Numbered from the stretch's first letter, positions 47,111 through 57,410 are shown. The stretch: 64,000 nt of DNA from an uncultured Candidatus Saccharibacteria bacterium (GCA_964556325.1 CAZKVS010000004.1:2439-66438), one strand, 5' to 3'. The notes: a model not told the origin generated them from the sequence alone. Numbers and translations are program-made.

Positions 47111-47206
47111 ATGAGCGAAGCAGAAGAAATAAAGCCAACAACAGAAGGCGAAGAAGTTGTAGTAAATGAAACAACCGCCACCCCTGAAGCTCCTAAAGCT
47201 GAATAA
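47111..47206 (+). CDS. 31-aa acidic small protein (not in the ORF track)
   Basis: AAGGAG RBS; MSEAEEIKPTTEGEEVVVNETTATPEAPKAE*; followed by a terminator hairpin at 47219-47258. Confidence 0.55.
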   Translation: MSEAEEIKPTTEGEEVVVNETTATPEAPKAE

Positions 47207-47265
47207 GCTAGACTTCTCAAAATAAAGCCCTCCGAGAATTACTCGGAGGGCTTTATTTCAACTAT

Positions 47266-48444
47266 CTAAATAATTCGTACAAACTTTCTTTTTCCAACCT
47301 GCAGGAGCAGGTTGTTTGTTTTTTGAATTTGAATTTCTTTATCGCTCATCACTTGTTGTTGGTCTATTTTCACACCCCCCTGCTCAATCAATCGGCGCGC
47401 TTCACCTTTGGAAGAAACAAGATTGGTCTCTACCAATAACTCTACTAACTTATACGTACCGGGCGTAACTTTTATTTCCGGAATGTCGCTCGGTAGTTCT
47501 TTATTACTGAACTGAGCAATGAACGCAGCCTTGGCCTCATCTGCTTTTTTACCGCCATGATATTGGCTGACAATTTGCCAGGCCAATTGTAACTTTTGAT
47601 CACGTGGGTTCGTTGTATCTCTCAGGAACGTTTTTACTTCCTTTAAAGGAACAAGGGTTGCAAGCTCAAAGTAACGCACAATAAGCTCGTCACGGAGAGA
47701 CATAACCTTGCCAAACATATCTGCTGGTTCATCTACCAAGTTTATAACATTCCCCCAAGAGCTGGACATCTTTCTCCCGTCGGTTCCTTCCAGTAAATCA
47801 AAAGTCATAATATCTTGGGACTCTTGGCCATATAAAGGCTGGATACTCCGACCTGCCAATAAATTAAAGCGCTGGTCAGTGCCCCCAAGCTCTACATCTG
47901 CCTTCACAGCCACGCTATCATAGCCCTGCATGAGCGGGTACATGAGCTCTCGCAAGCTGACTCGCTTACCCGCATCCATGCGTTTCTTGATAAGCTCACG
48001 AGACGAAAACTCGTGCAAGCCAAAAGCATCGGCCATTTTACCAATCTCCAAAAACCCTAGCTTCTTAAGCCACTTGGAATTGTAGTGCATTTCCGCCTTG
48101 GATTTGTCTATAATCTTACCCGCCTGCGCAAAATAAGATTTCATATTACTTGCCACCTGCGCCTCTGTGAGCATGGGCCGCTCAGATTCTTTATCAGAAG
48201 TGTCTCCAATTAATCCAGTAAAATCACCGCAAATAAATACCACCTGATGTCCAAGCTCCTGAAACGCACGCAGCTTCCAGAGCACCACAGCGCGGCCAAT
48301 ATGGATATTGGGGCTCGTAGGGTCAATACCCAACTTAATCCGCAGCTTCTTTTTGCCTCGAACCCGTGCGGCCAAGTGCCCTGCATCAATACTTTCCGCT
48401 ACCCCCCGACTCAACAGCTCCTCAATTTTTTCTTCTTTATTCAT
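47266..48444 (-). CDS. tyrS: Tyrosine--tRNA ligase
   Basis: GIDPTSPNIHIG, YPLMQGYD, GGTDQRFN, KMSSS, C-terminal S4 domain. Confidence 0.96.
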   Translation of the reverse strand: MNKEEKIEELLSRGVAESIDAGHLAARVRGKKKLRIKLGIDPTSPNIHIGRAVVLWKLRAFQELGHQVVFICGDFTGLIGDTSDKESERPMLTEAQVASNMKSYFAQAGKIIDKSKAEMHYNSKWLKKLGFLEIGKMADAFGLHEFSSRELIKKRMDAGKRVSLRELMYPLMQGYDSVAVKADVELGGTDQRFNLLAGRSIQPLYGQESQDIMTFDLLEGTDGRKMSSSWGNVINLVDEPADMFGKVMSLRDELIVRYFELATLVPLKEVKTFLRDTTNPRDQKLQLAWQIVSQYHGGKKADEAKAAFIAQFSNKELPSDIPEIKVTPGTYKLVELLVETNLVSSKGEARRLIEQGGVKIDQQQVMSDKEIQIQKTNNLLLQVGKRKFVRII

Positions 48445-48694
48445 AAAAAATATAGTGTAAGTAATGTATTGTAGAATTGCAGAAAACTCAAAATCTACAC
48501 TAAGAGTATACCATTTTCGGCTTATTTCAAGCCACTCCGAAAGGGGTTCCCGCAGAACCTAAAAGTCAGTATAATTACCCCATGCCCAGTAGCAAGCAAA
48601 TGCTTATATTGGGGTAAAATATTATTCGCTAAAAAATAATCCAGCACATACAAGTACCGACCTCCACGACAGTGTGTGCAGAAAATCTACTGGA

Positions 48695-51535
48695 ATGCGT
48701 ATTTACAATTTTGAAACTGCTTCAAAAAAATCGACTAAATATTTTAAGCGGCTTCACAAAGGCTTAAAAAATATCTTCAGCAACAAACGCTTACTCGTCA
48801 GCTGGTTTTTCCGTTTGTTTGCCGTCGGCGTAACCGTAATGGCAGCTCTGTTTGTGTACCTCAGCTTTACTCTTCCTGACCCAAATACACTTCTGGAACG
48901 CACGGTGCCCGAGTCAACTAAAATATATGATCGAAATAACCAACTTCTCTACGAAGTTCATGGGGAAGTGAAGCGCACGTTGGTGCAGCTTGATGCTATT
49001 TCTGACTACGCAAAACACGCAACCGTTGCTGTCGAAGACAAAGATTTTTATTCCCACAGTGGATTTTCTATTCGCGGAATTTTCCGATCTATATGGAAAG
49101 ATATCAAAACCGGCAGCGCGCAACAAGGCGGCAGTACCATTACGCAACAATTTGTTAAAAACGCTCTTTTAACCAAAGACAAGCAACTTATTCGCAAAGT
49201 AAAAGAACTTGTGCTCTCAGTAGAGTTAGAAGCCCGATATACCAAAGACCAAATCTTGCAACTGTACTTAAATGAGATTCCCTACGGTAGAAATGCATAC
49301 GGCATAGAAGCTGCGAGCCAAGCATACTTTGGCAAACACGCCAACGAGCTAAGCTTAGGCGAGGCCGCGTACCTAGCCGGACTACCGCAGTCTACCACCT
49401 ACTATAACCCTTTGGGTCCGCACCGAGATGCACTTGACCGTAGACAACAAACCATCTTGGGCCTCATGGAAACTCAAGGCTACATTACAAAAGAACAAAA
49501 AGAGTCAGCCCTGCAAGAAAAGGTTGCTTTTACCCCGTTACAAAACAACCTTAAGGCACCCCACTTTGTGTTGTATGTCCAAGATTACTTAGCTAAAAAA
49601 TACGGAGAATTAAGTCTCGAACAAGGTGGGCTTAAAGTCTATACTACCCTGGATTCGAAACTTCAAGATATAGCGGAAAGCGTAGTGAAAGAGCAGGCAG
49701 ATAAAAACGAAAAAGAGTCCAAAGCTTACAATGCAGGGTTTGTGGCAATTGACCCAAAAACCGGACAAATCTTGGCCATGGTAGGTAGTCGGGACTTTTT
49801 CGGCAAGAGTGCTCCAGCGGGTTGCAACCCCGGAAAAGACTGTCTCTTTGACCCCAGCGTAAACGTAGCACTCACTCCGCAACAGCCAGGTAGCAGCTTC
49901 AAACCCTATGTATACCTGACAGCTTTTAAAGAAGGCCAAGGCTATGCACCTGCCAGTCTCCTCATGGATGTAAAAACAAACTTTGGCCGCAACGGCGACT
50001 CTGACTACGTCCCACAAAATTACAACGGCGGCTTTAATGGTCCTGTCTCCATACGTAAAGCCTTGGCCGGAAGCTTAAATATCCCCGCAGTAAAAATGCT
50101 CGCGCTAGTAGGGGTTGAAAACGCCACGCAAACAGCACGGGACCTAGGTATAACCAGCCCGCTTAAAAACTGCGGGCTCTCCCTCGTATTGGGTGGATGT
50201 GAAGTAACCCTACTCGACCACACCGCAAGCTACGCAACACTGGCCAATGGTGGCATCAAAAACCCTGCAACCCCTATATTGAAGGTTGAAGACAAATCAG
50301 GTAACACCCTAGAAGAGTTTACCGAGAAAAGCAGCCGAGTAGTAGACGCGCAAGCGGTGTATGAGCTAACCAGTATTATGACCGACAATAATGCTCGAAG
50401 TTATATCTTTGGCGTGAGTAACTTCCTTACCCTGCCGGATAGACAACTCGCATGTAAAACAGGAACTACAAACCGCTGGCGCGATGGCTGGAGTATGTGC
50501 TTTACTCCCAGCATTGCAGTGGGGGCATGGGTTGGCAATAGCAACAATAAAGAAATGAAGGCGGCCACAGCAGACGGCTCACGCGTTGCGGCGCCTATTA
50601 CTAACAAATTCCTTAAGCAAGCCCTGCAAGGCACTCCGGTAGAACAATTCCCAACCCCGGATGGGATAAGTAAAGTTATTGTAGATGCAGTCTCCGGCAA
50701 ACTTCCAACAGAATTTAGCCCTGAAACTAAAGAGGAAGTGTTTGCCAGTTACTCAGTACCCAAAGACTACGACGACGTACATATCGGAGTCAGAATAGAC
50801 CGAACGAACGGGCTTCCAGCAAACAATCTCACCCCTCCAGAAAACATTGACCTACATACCTATACGGTATTCCGCAGTGAAAGACCGGATAACGCTGCCT
50901 GGGAAACACCCGTTCGAGAATGGATGCTGTCAAAACAAATGCCCCTACCCCCAGAAGGAAGCATTATTACTAATCCAACACCTACCCCAAACACGGGAGA
51001 GGACCCAAAGGCTTCTATTACGAGCCCAGCAGAAGGTGCGGTAATAACTCAGAGCATATTTACTGTGCAAGTCGAAGCAAGTAGCCCGGTAGGTATCACT
51101 CGCGTAGACTTGCTCATTGATGGACAGCTAGTAGAAAGCAAAGCAGCTGCGCCGTATAACTTTATGGTAGGCCGCCAACCCACCGACGGCCCCAAAACAA
51201 TTGCCATACATCTGATAGATAAAAATGGCAAAACTGTCGATCAGTCTGTGCCTGTTATTTTCGCCGTCAACGCCCCAATCACTATCATAAAGCCAAGCTC
51301 AAATACAACTCAGAGTGGGCAAATTAGCATAGCAGCGGTGAGTGGCCAAGACTTGGGAACCCTTAGTTTCTATGCCAACAATATAGTCATAGCAACTGCA
51401 GACGGGCTCCAAAACCCCGATGGTTCCTATATCTATAGTACAGAATGGACGCCCGCAAGTAACGGCACATACAAGCTACAAGCTAAAAGTAATAACACAG
51501 GCAGTGAAAAAATTAGCATCGTATACAAAAAATAA
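48695..51535 (+). CDS. Class A penicillin-binding protein (PBP1A family) with C-terminal Ig-like domains
   Basis: EDKDFYSH, GGSTITQQ, RKVKE, SSFK, SLN and KTG motifs. Confidence 0.93.
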   Translation: MRIYNFETASKKSTKYFKRLHKGLKNIFSNKRLLVSWFFRLFAVGVTVMAALFVYLSFTLPDPNTLLERTVPESTKIYDRNNQLLYEVHGEVKRTLVQLDAISDYAKHATVAVEDKDFYSHSGFSIRGIFRSIWKDIKTGSAQQGGSTITQQFVKNALLTKDKQLIRKVKELVLSVELEARYTKDQILQLYLNEIPYGRNAYGIEAASQAYFGKHANELSLGEAAYLAGLPQSTTYYNPLGPHRDALDRRQQTILGLMETQGYITKEQKESALQEKVAFTPLQNNLKAPHFVLYVQDYLAKKYGELSLEQGGLKVYTTLDSKLQDIAESVVKEQADKNEKESKAYNAGFVAIDPKTGQILAMVGSRDFFGKSAPAGCNPGKDCLFDPSVNVALTPQQPGSSFKPYVYLTAFKEGQGYAPASLLMDVKTNFGRNGDSDYVPQNYNGGFNGPVSIRKALAGSLNIPAVKMLALVGVENATQTARDLGITSPLKNCGLSLVLGGCEVTLLDHTASYATLANGGIKNPATPILKVEDKSGNTLEEFTEKSSRVVDAQAVYELTSIMTDNNARSYIFGVSNFLTLPDRQLACKTGTTNRWRDGWSMCFTPSIAVGAWVGNSNNKEMKAATADGSRVAAPITNKFLKQALQGTPVEQFPTPDGISKVIVDAVSGKLPTEFSPETKEEVFASYSVPKDYDDVHIGVRIDRTNGLPANNLTPPENIDLHTYTVFRSERPDNAAWETPVREWMLSKQMPLPPEGSIITNPTPTPNTGEDPKASITSPAEGAVITQSIFTVQVEASSPVGITRVDLLIDGQLVESKAAAPYNFMVGRQPTDGPKTIAIHLIDKNGKTVDQSVPVIFAVNAPITIIKPSSNTTQSGQISIAAVSGQDLGTLSFYANNIVIATADGLQNPDGSYIYSTEWTPASNGTYKLQAKSNNTGSEKISIVYKK

Positions 51536-51550
51536 AAAGTCTGCCGCTGT

Positions 51551-51590
51551 AAATATAAAACTCGTCCCACTATGGACGAGTTTTATATTT
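51551..51590. repeat. Long palindrome downstream of the second PaaX-like gene (also a possible bidirectional terminator)
   Basis: AAATATAAAACTCGTCC-CACTAT-GGACGAGTTTTATATTT. Confidence 0.7.
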
Positions 51591-51604
51591 CAGCAGAAAG
51601 TCCG

Positions 51605-52108
51605 CTACTTTTCATTTTCCGCAAACAAAGCCTCAATATCCTTTGTATAATTTATGTTTGTAGTTTTGATAAGGCGTATAAAAAACTTGCCTGCTAACTC
51701 TCCTAATTCATCTTCTAAACGCTGGTCTAGTTTATACGGAGAAATCCAAATACTTGACTGCCATTTCTTAAATCCAAGCGCCTTTAGCCGATTGCGGAGG
51801 AAGGTTCGAACTTGGCGCTGTCGTTCGGGTATATCAAAAATAACCATTTTCCAGACTCCATCGCGCTGTGGAAAACGTGTGGTGAGCAGAGCAGCACCGT
51901 CTGGAGTGAGCGCAAGCTGTGTGCGAGCAGGGTTGGCATACACCAGTAGCCCTTGTTGTACCAATCGAAAAATTGTATCGTACACGACTTTCCGATTTTT
52001 CGCTGTTGTTGCCTGACTCACCAGCAACTGCTGCACGGGACAAAACCCATTCGATCGAGACACTTCTGCCAAAATAGTTACACTAAAAGTAGTATGTGTA
52101 CGAGCCAT
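51605..52108 (-). CDS. PaaX-like protein (wHTH plus Cas2-like domain)
   Basis: LTPDG...DGVWKMVIFDIPERQRQVRTFLRNRLKALGFKKWQSSIWISPY. Confidence 0.85.
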   Translation of the reverse strand: MARTHTTFSVTILAEVSRSNGFCPVQQLLVSQATTAKNRKVVYDTIFRLVQQGLLVYANPARTQLALTPDGAALLTTRFPQRDGVWKMVIFDIPERQRQVRTFLRNRLKALGFKKWQSSIWISPYKLDQRLEDELGELAGKFFIRLIKTTNINYTKDIEALFAENEK

Positions 52109-52188
52109 GTAAATGCAGAATCAAGAATATGGAATTAAGAATTACGGAAAGACCCCGTTCTTAATTCGTGATTCTTAATTCATAATTC

Positions 52189-52656
52189 TTAATTCTTAAG
52201 CCTAAGCACCACTCGTCGTCCAGAACCCTGACCCTGGCTGCTCGAATCAACATCAGAATAATTATCTTGAATGAGGGCATGAATAAACCGCCGCTCGTAA
52301 TTGGGCATAGGCATAAGCCCTACCGGTCGACCTGTGCGGCGAAGCTGAACAATAGCCTGCTGCACAGTTTCTTTTAAGTACCACTCACGTTTTCGATTAA
52401 AATCATCGATGTCTAGAGAAAAACGCAAAAACTGACCTGGAAACTTCCTGTTTACAATAGACTGTACAACCTGTTCTAAACAATGAAGCGTCTCACCCTG
52501 ACGCCCAATGAGTATGTATGGGTCCTCAACTACTACAACATTAAAAACCAAACCCTTAGTAATAGTCTCTTCCGGCTCAACCGACACCTGAAAACCCATC
52601 GCCTTCAGCAGGCTCACAATCACTTCTTGCGTAGCTTGTATAATTTCAGGGTTCAT
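52189..52656 (-). CDS. jag: Jag/KhpB-like KH plus R3H RNA-binding protein
   Basis: LIGRQGETL; PMPNYERRFIH; S-x-G-x-G-x-x-RRVV. Confidence 0.85.
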   Translation of the reverse strand: MNPEIIQATQEVIVSLLKAMGFQVSVEPEETITKGLVFNVVVVEDPYILIGRQGETLHCLEQVVQSIVNRKFPGQFLRFSLDIDDFNRKREWYLKETVQQAIVQLRRTGRPVGLMPMPNYERRFIHALIQDNYSDVDSSSQGQGSGRRVVLRLKN

Positions 52657-52673
52657 GGGAGTTCGCTTCTAGT

Positions 52674-53402
52674 CTATGACTTAATTTCTAGCTCTTGTTT
52701 GCTGTCTGATTGCCTCATTATATAGTATTGCTGGGCAACGGCAAAGAGGGTGGTGACAACCCAGTACAGCGGCAGTCCTGCCGGTAAATTCCATGCTATA
52801 AACACGCTAAACAGAGGCAAAAAATAGGTTGTTTGCCATTGAATTGCCTTAGCGGTAGCATCGGTCGGTTTAGTTTTATTTTGCGACTGCATTAAGCGCG
52901 ACTGCCAAAACTGAAGAAGGCCCGCTAAAATAGCCAAGCTTGCGCTAGGTTTGGCCAAGTTCATAAAACCCAAAAAATATGGGTTAATGCTGCCTGGGTT
53001 GGAAACTATATGGTATAACCCATTTAAATTACCGTTCAATGCGGTATTAAAAACTTGATATAGTGCAATCAAAACAGGAAGCTGAATCAAAAGTGGCAGA
53101 CAAGACCCCAAGGGGTTTACTTTATGCTCCCGATACAGCTCCATAATCGCCTTAGACTGCGCTTCTTTATCGTCCTTGTGCCGAGCTTTAATCTCGTCGA
53201 GTTTTGGCTGGAGCTTTGCCATGGCCCCTTGACTCTTCAATTGCTTATGCATAGTGGGAGCCAAAACCAAACGCACCGCAAGCGTAATTGCGATTATAAC
53301 TAAACCAACATCATGCCCGGGTATGCTGTTGTAGCCCCAAACGAGCAGGTTTAGCAGAGGACGGTAGATAGCCTCATGATACGCGGATAAAAATATATTC
53401 AT
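52674..53402 (-). CDS. yidC: Membrane protein insertase
   Basis: LQPKL, VNPLGSCLPLLIQLP, LPAGLPLYW. Confidence 0.93.
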   Translation of the reverse strand: MNIFLSAYHEAIYRPLLNLLVWGYNSIPGHDVGLVIIAITLAVRLVLAPTMHKQLKSQGAMAKLQPKLDEIKARHKDDKEAQSKAIMELYREHKVNPLGSCLPLLIQLPVLIALYQVFNTALNGNLNGLYHIVSNPGSINPYFLGFMNLAKPSASLAILAGLLQFWQSRLMQSQNKTKPTDATAKAIQWQTTYFLPLFSVFIAWNLPAGLPLYWVVTTLFAVAQQYYIMRQSDSKQELEIKS

Positions 53403-53428
53403 AATAAATAGTACTAATCATTAATCGT

Positions 53429-53470
53429 TAATCCTTTCCCGCGCAGCGGGACCCGCCTTGGGCGGGAACC
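53429..53470. repeat. 42-bp double-hairpin repeat, copy 1
   Basis: TAATCCTTTCCCGCGCAGCGGGACCCGCCTTGGGCGGGAACC; 2 mismatches to 54155-54196. Confidence 0.8.
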
Positions 53471-53533
53471 ATAATCGTGGTTGATTCTGGCCAAAGATTA
53501 AAAATAAATAATTAACGATTGACCTCTGGTGCG

Positions 53534-53770
53534 CTACGGCACCGGGTCAATGCTTGGTTTTTGCCAAGGATGACAACGAGCCACTCGTCGCGTCGCAAGC
53601 GCCAAACCGGAAAAAACTCCGTATTTTATAATAGCCTGTTTTGCATACTCACTACAACTCGGATAAAACTTGCACCACCCATGCGGATGAGCGGCGGCAA
53701 ACCAGCCATGATCAGGTGAAAGTGTTCTTTGGTACGCGGTAAGCAGAAGAATCAGCAGACGAACAAGCAT
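53534..53770 (-). CDS. yidD: Membrane protein insertion efficiency factor
   Basis: YQRTLSP, CKFYPSCSEY, RCHPW...DPVP. Confidence 0.92.
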   Translation of the reverse strand: MLVRLLILLLTAYQRTLSPDHGWFAAAHPHGWCKFYPSCSEYAKQAIIKYGVFSGLALATRRVARCHPWQKPSIDPVP

Positions 53771-53780
53771 AAAGTGTACA

Positions 53781-54119
53781 TTATGACTTTAATAGCCGAC
53801 ATTTCAATAAATGTTGCTCTAACGCGGTCCGGATATCACTATTGACCATTCGAGCTGCAGCAGGGCGAGCAACAAGCAAATAGTCTCCGGGGGCTAACCG
53901 AGAAAGATTGACCCGCATAAAGTCTCGAGCAACTCGTTTTATCTGATTACGACGCACCGCAGACTTTGCAACTTTAGTAGAGATAGAAATAGTTACTCGC
54001 GGAGATGTCGAGGCATTGAGAAATCGCACAGTAAAAATTTGACCAAAAAAAGAACGCCCTGCGGTAAAAACACGTTGGACGTCTCGGGTATGGGCGAGGC
54101 GATTTTGTTTAGCAAACAT
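53781..54119 (-). CDS. rnpA: RNase P protein component
   Basis: KVAKSAVRRNQIKR RNR motif; synteny with rpmH and yidD. Confidence 0.9.
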   Translation of the reverse strand: MFAKQNRLAHTRDVQRVFTAGRSFFGQIFTVRFLNASTSPRVTISISTKVAKSAVRRNQIKRVARDFMRVNLSRLAPGDYLLVARPAAARMVNSDIRTALEQHLLKCRLLKS

Positions 54120-54154
54120 AGGCTATTACAAATAAATCCTTAATCGTTTATCTC

Positions 54155-54196
54155 TAATCCTTTCCCGCACAGCGGGACCCGCCTGGGGCGGGAACC
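54155..54196. repeat. 42-bp double-hairpin repeat, copy 2
   Basis: TAATCCTTTCCCGCACAGCGGGACCCGCCTGGGGCGGGAACC. Confidence 0.8.
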
Positions 54197-54245
54197 GAAT
54201 TCAGTTGGTCAAAGATAAAGGATGAAAGATTAAGGATGTATTACT

Positions 54246-54383
54246 TTATACAGTAGTAAGACGCTTTCGGCCTTTGGCACGACGACGAGCTATTACAGCC
54301 TGACCGCCTTTAGTTTGCATTTTCTTACGAAAACCATGTACCTTGGCTCTGCGTTTAACCTTTGGTTGATAGGTGCGTTTCAT
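54246..54383 (-). CDS. rpmH: 50S ribosomal protein L34 (not in the ORF track)
   Basis: [45 protein letters not shown]. Confidence 0.96.
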   Translation of the reverse strand: MKRTYQPKVKRRAKVHGFRKKMQTKGGQAVIARRRAKGRKRLTTV

Positions 54384-54542
54384 ATCGGTAAGCTGCTCCT
54401 AAGAAAATCCCGGAACAAAACAATAAATTAATGCCTTTATATACCAACTAATACTTCCAACAGTATACCGATTTTAACAACAGACGTCAATACTATACAC
54501 TAAAACAGCAACGCGCGCGTAGATACGTTGTATAATGGTTGT

Positions 54543-54938
54543 ATGCAAAAAAGGCAATTCAAAATTACCATATTCACAGGCACTCTCACGCTCTCACTCG
54601 TAGCGTGCATTGCCTTGTCTCAAATTCAGCCAGCTCTGCAAGCCTTTACGGAAACCTACTCAGTACCAACCGGTATAGTTGCGGGCATTGCTGTAGGAGG
54701 AACCATTGAGCCAACACCCACCAATACGCTCTACGCTGAATTACAGCAGCAACAGATTGCGTTGGATAAAAAAAATGCAGAACTCGAAGCTGAACGTAGA
54801 TATTTAGAACAAAGTAAAACTACAAAAAACACTATTCTCTATATACTCATAATTCTGCTCGGTATATTGGTTGTGGTTAATTTTTATTTTGATATTAAAC
54901 GATACCGCTCCAGTTTTAAGCAAGAACTGCACACATGA
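54543..54938 (+). CDS. Two-TM coiled-coil membrane protein leading the surface-protein cluster
   Basis: PTPTNTLYAEL...coiled coil...VNFYFD. Confidence 0.65.
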   Translation: MQKRQFKITIFTGTLTLSLVACIALSQIQPALQAFTETYSVPTGIVAGIAVGGTIEPTPTNTLYAELQQQQIALDKKNAELEAERRYLEQSKTTKNTILYILIILLGILVVVNFYFDIKRYRSSFKQELHT

Positions 54939-56446
54939 GGTCTATAACAAGTGTATTAGTATTGTTTCTACTTTTCTGCGTAGCAACAACAGCTCTAGCG
55001 GGAACACTAACCAATCGAAGTGACACGTTAGGAACGTCCGCTATTGGTGTCGAGTCAAGCCACCGAATTACCTTTAAACCAAGTTCAACCATTCCTAGTT
55101 CGGGCACTATAACTATAACTCCAACTCCGAGCTTATTTAGTGTTCACCCCCGACTCGACTATCGTGATGTAGACATTCTCGTAAATGGAGTAGAACAACA
55201 CACCGCCCCTACTCCGGGCTCTGGAAATGGAAGCGCCCTTGGCGTCGTAGCCACCGGAGGAAGCAATGGCAGCATTGTCCTCACACTCAACGACACAGAC
55301 ACCATAATCTCTGGTAGTACGGTAGACATTCTCGTTGGTTCTATTGCCGTCTACGAAGCAGCTGGCCTTTTTGGTATTACCAACCCTAACACAATTGGTA
55401 GCTATCCTATTACCATAGAGACGGCCACGGCCTCCAATACACCCCTCGATACAAGCGTTATCGGAGTAGTAACCACAATCCCCGTAGGAATAACTGGCAC
55501 GTTTAATGGCAATGTTGTGGCCAATCCCACCTTTAGCCCGAACCCCGGCACATATGCAAACAGTATTGCAGTAACCCTGTCTACGACCACCCCTGGAGCC
55601 ACGTTGTATTACACAACCGATGGTAGCACTCCGACCGCAGGAAGCGCAGTATACTCCGGCGCGCTTACTATAAACCAAAGTACTGTAATACAAGCCCTTG
55701 CAACCGCCCCAGGTTACGCAGATAGCGCCGTAAGTAGTGCCACGTACATTATCACCACCACTGGCGGTAGTGGCGGAGGCGGAGGCGGAGGCAGCGGCCC
55801 CGTTGTTATCCCCCCCTTCACCCCACAAGCTGGGGAAACTATTATAGACGGCGGGGTTGGAGGACTCGCCTATGGGGGTTGTAGTAATGGAAGCACTATT
55901 ACTCTCACCATACCAGCCGGAGCTTGGAATGGCGCAGGATATGTTGCCCTCTCCTGTCTCCCCTATAGCACTTTTGAGAATAAAAATGGCGCTGCAAGTG
56001 GCGATGCTATAGCAGATACTATATTTGGAATATCGGTTACGGACAGCAATCACAGGCCTATTTATACAAGCCAGTCTCCCATAGCAGCTGTAATCACATA
56101 TACCCAGGGACAGTATCTCGGATTTTCAGACCCTTTCACCACCCAACAATTCAACAACTCTCGCTGGAACGAGCTTACATATATTCAAAATCAAAATACT
56201 CCCACGGTATTCAGTGCAGCCTTTACTACTATTGGTTCACTTGCCGTAATCGGATCGGCCAAAAACCAAAACTGTTCAGACAGAAAAGCGGATTTAAATT
56301 GCGATATGCATGTAGACTTAGTCGACTTTAGCATTCTCCTCTATTGGTGGAACAGTAAACAATCGGGTATACGAGCAGATATTAACAAAGATGGTATAGT
56401 AAATTTAATTGACTTTAGCATTCTCCTCTATTGGTGGACAGGCTAA
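54935..56446 (+). CDS. Secreted surface protein with Fn3-associated/CHB_HEX_C-like domain, Gly linker and C-terminal dockerin-like repeat
   Basis: PTFSPNPGTY...YYTTDGSTPT; ADLNCDMHVDLVDFSILLYWW / ADINKDGIVNLIDFSILLYWW. Confidence 0.75.
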   Translation: MRSITSVLVLFLLFCVATTALAGTLTNRSDTLGTSAIGVESSHRITFKPSSTIPSSGTITITPTPSLFSVHPRLDYRDVDILVNGVEQHTAPTPGSGNGSALGVVATGGSNGSIVLTLNDTDTIISGSTVDILVGSIAVYEAAGLFGITNPNTIGSYPITIETATASNTPLDTSVIGVVTTIPVGITGTFNGNVVANPTFSPNPGTYANSIAVTLSTTTPGATLYYTTDGSTPTAGSAVYSGALTINQSTVIQALATAPGYADSAVSSATYIITTTGGSGGGGGGGSGPVVIPPFTPQAGETIIDGGVGGLAYGGCSNGSTITLTIPAGAWNGAGYVALSCLPYSTFENKNGAASGDAIADTIFGISVTDSNHRPIYTSQSPIAAVITYTQGQYLGFSDPFTTQQFNNSRWNELTYIQNQNTPTVFSAAFTTIGSLAVIGSAKNQNCSDRKADLNCDMHVDLVDFSILLYWWNSKQSGIRADINKDGIVNLIDFSILLYWWTG

Positions 56447-56456
56447 GCCCTACACT

Positions 56457-57410
56457 ATGCGTATACGAACTATTTCAATCAGCATACTTGTGGCGAGTGG
56501 CATCGCACTAGTAAGCCCGACGCACGGAGCCCGTGCCGCAAATACAGACTTGCATATCTCCGGACCAAAAAGCGTAGCCCTAGGCCAAACTTTTTCTGTT
56601 CGACTCATCATGAGCAGTGCCAGCTCAATTAATGCAATGAGCGGAAACGTGCAATATTCTGGCGAGCTCTTAGGCGTTCAAGGAGTCAGCTACAATAGGT
56701 CCATATTCAAACTCTGGCAACAAACTCCTAATAACAGCCCCCAAACAAACCAGGTAGTATTTGCAGGCGGACTCCCCAACCCAGGCTTTAGTGGTGAAAA
56801 CGGAGAAATTATTCAAATAACCTTTAAAGCTCGAGCGCTCGGCACTGCGACGGTGCAGCTACTCAACAACTCACAGGTGCTTCTCAACGATGGACAAGGG
56901 AGCAGAGCAGAATGGTCAGCTACTCCCTACACGGTTCAAATAAACAAACCAGAAACAGAGCCTACTCCACCACCCGCCGAGCCCTCCCCAGTCGCGAAAG
57001 ACACGACACCACCCACCAATCTTGAACTCTTGATTGGCCACGATAGCCATTTATTTGAAGGTAATTGGTTTGCAGTATTTCGCGCTGAAGACTTGGAAAG
57101 CGGCATAGATCATTACGAACTGGCCGAGGTAGACAATAGCCAAACCTATCCTGTCGACACCGACTGGAGAAAAGTAACCAGTCCATACCAACTCTTAAAG
57201 CAGGAGCAAGGCACTAAAGTATTCTTAAAAGCTGTTGATAAGTCAGGCAACATAAGTACAATCAGCAGAGAGCATAAGCCCACACTCATATCCTTCCCTA
57301 GACCAGACTGGCGTCTCTTGCTCATATTAGCGGTCATACTTGCTCTAGGACTTATCCTGCCTATCTTTGTCTACCATAGAAAAAAACTAGAGGCCTCTGT
57401 ACAAAAGTAG
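56457..57410 (+). CDS. Cohesin-like domain protein with C-terminal TM anchor
   Basis: GQTFSVRL...INAMSGNVQY...FAGGLPNPGFSG...ITFKA...VLLNDGQG; DLESGIDHYE. Confidence 0.7.
   Translation: MRIRTISISILVASGIALVSPTHGARAANTDLHISGPKSVALGQTFSVRLIMSSASSINAMSGNVQYSGELLGVQGVSYNRSIFKLWQQTPNNSPQTNQVVFAGGLPNPGFSGENGEIIQITFKARALGTATVQLLNNSQVLLNDGQGSRAEWSATPYTVQINKPETEPTPPPAEPSPVAKDTTPPTNLELLIGHDSHLFEGNWFAVFRAEDLESGIDHYELAEVDNSQTYPVDTDWRKVTSPYQLLKQEQGTKVFLKAVDKSGNISTISREHKPTLISFPRPDWRLLLILAVILALGLILPIFVYHRKKLEASVQK

Noticed and set aside
54384-54540. oriC/dnaA next to rpmH
   Set aside because: No dnaA and no cluster of TTATCCACA boxes; the only clear box seen is an isolated one near 9289-9297
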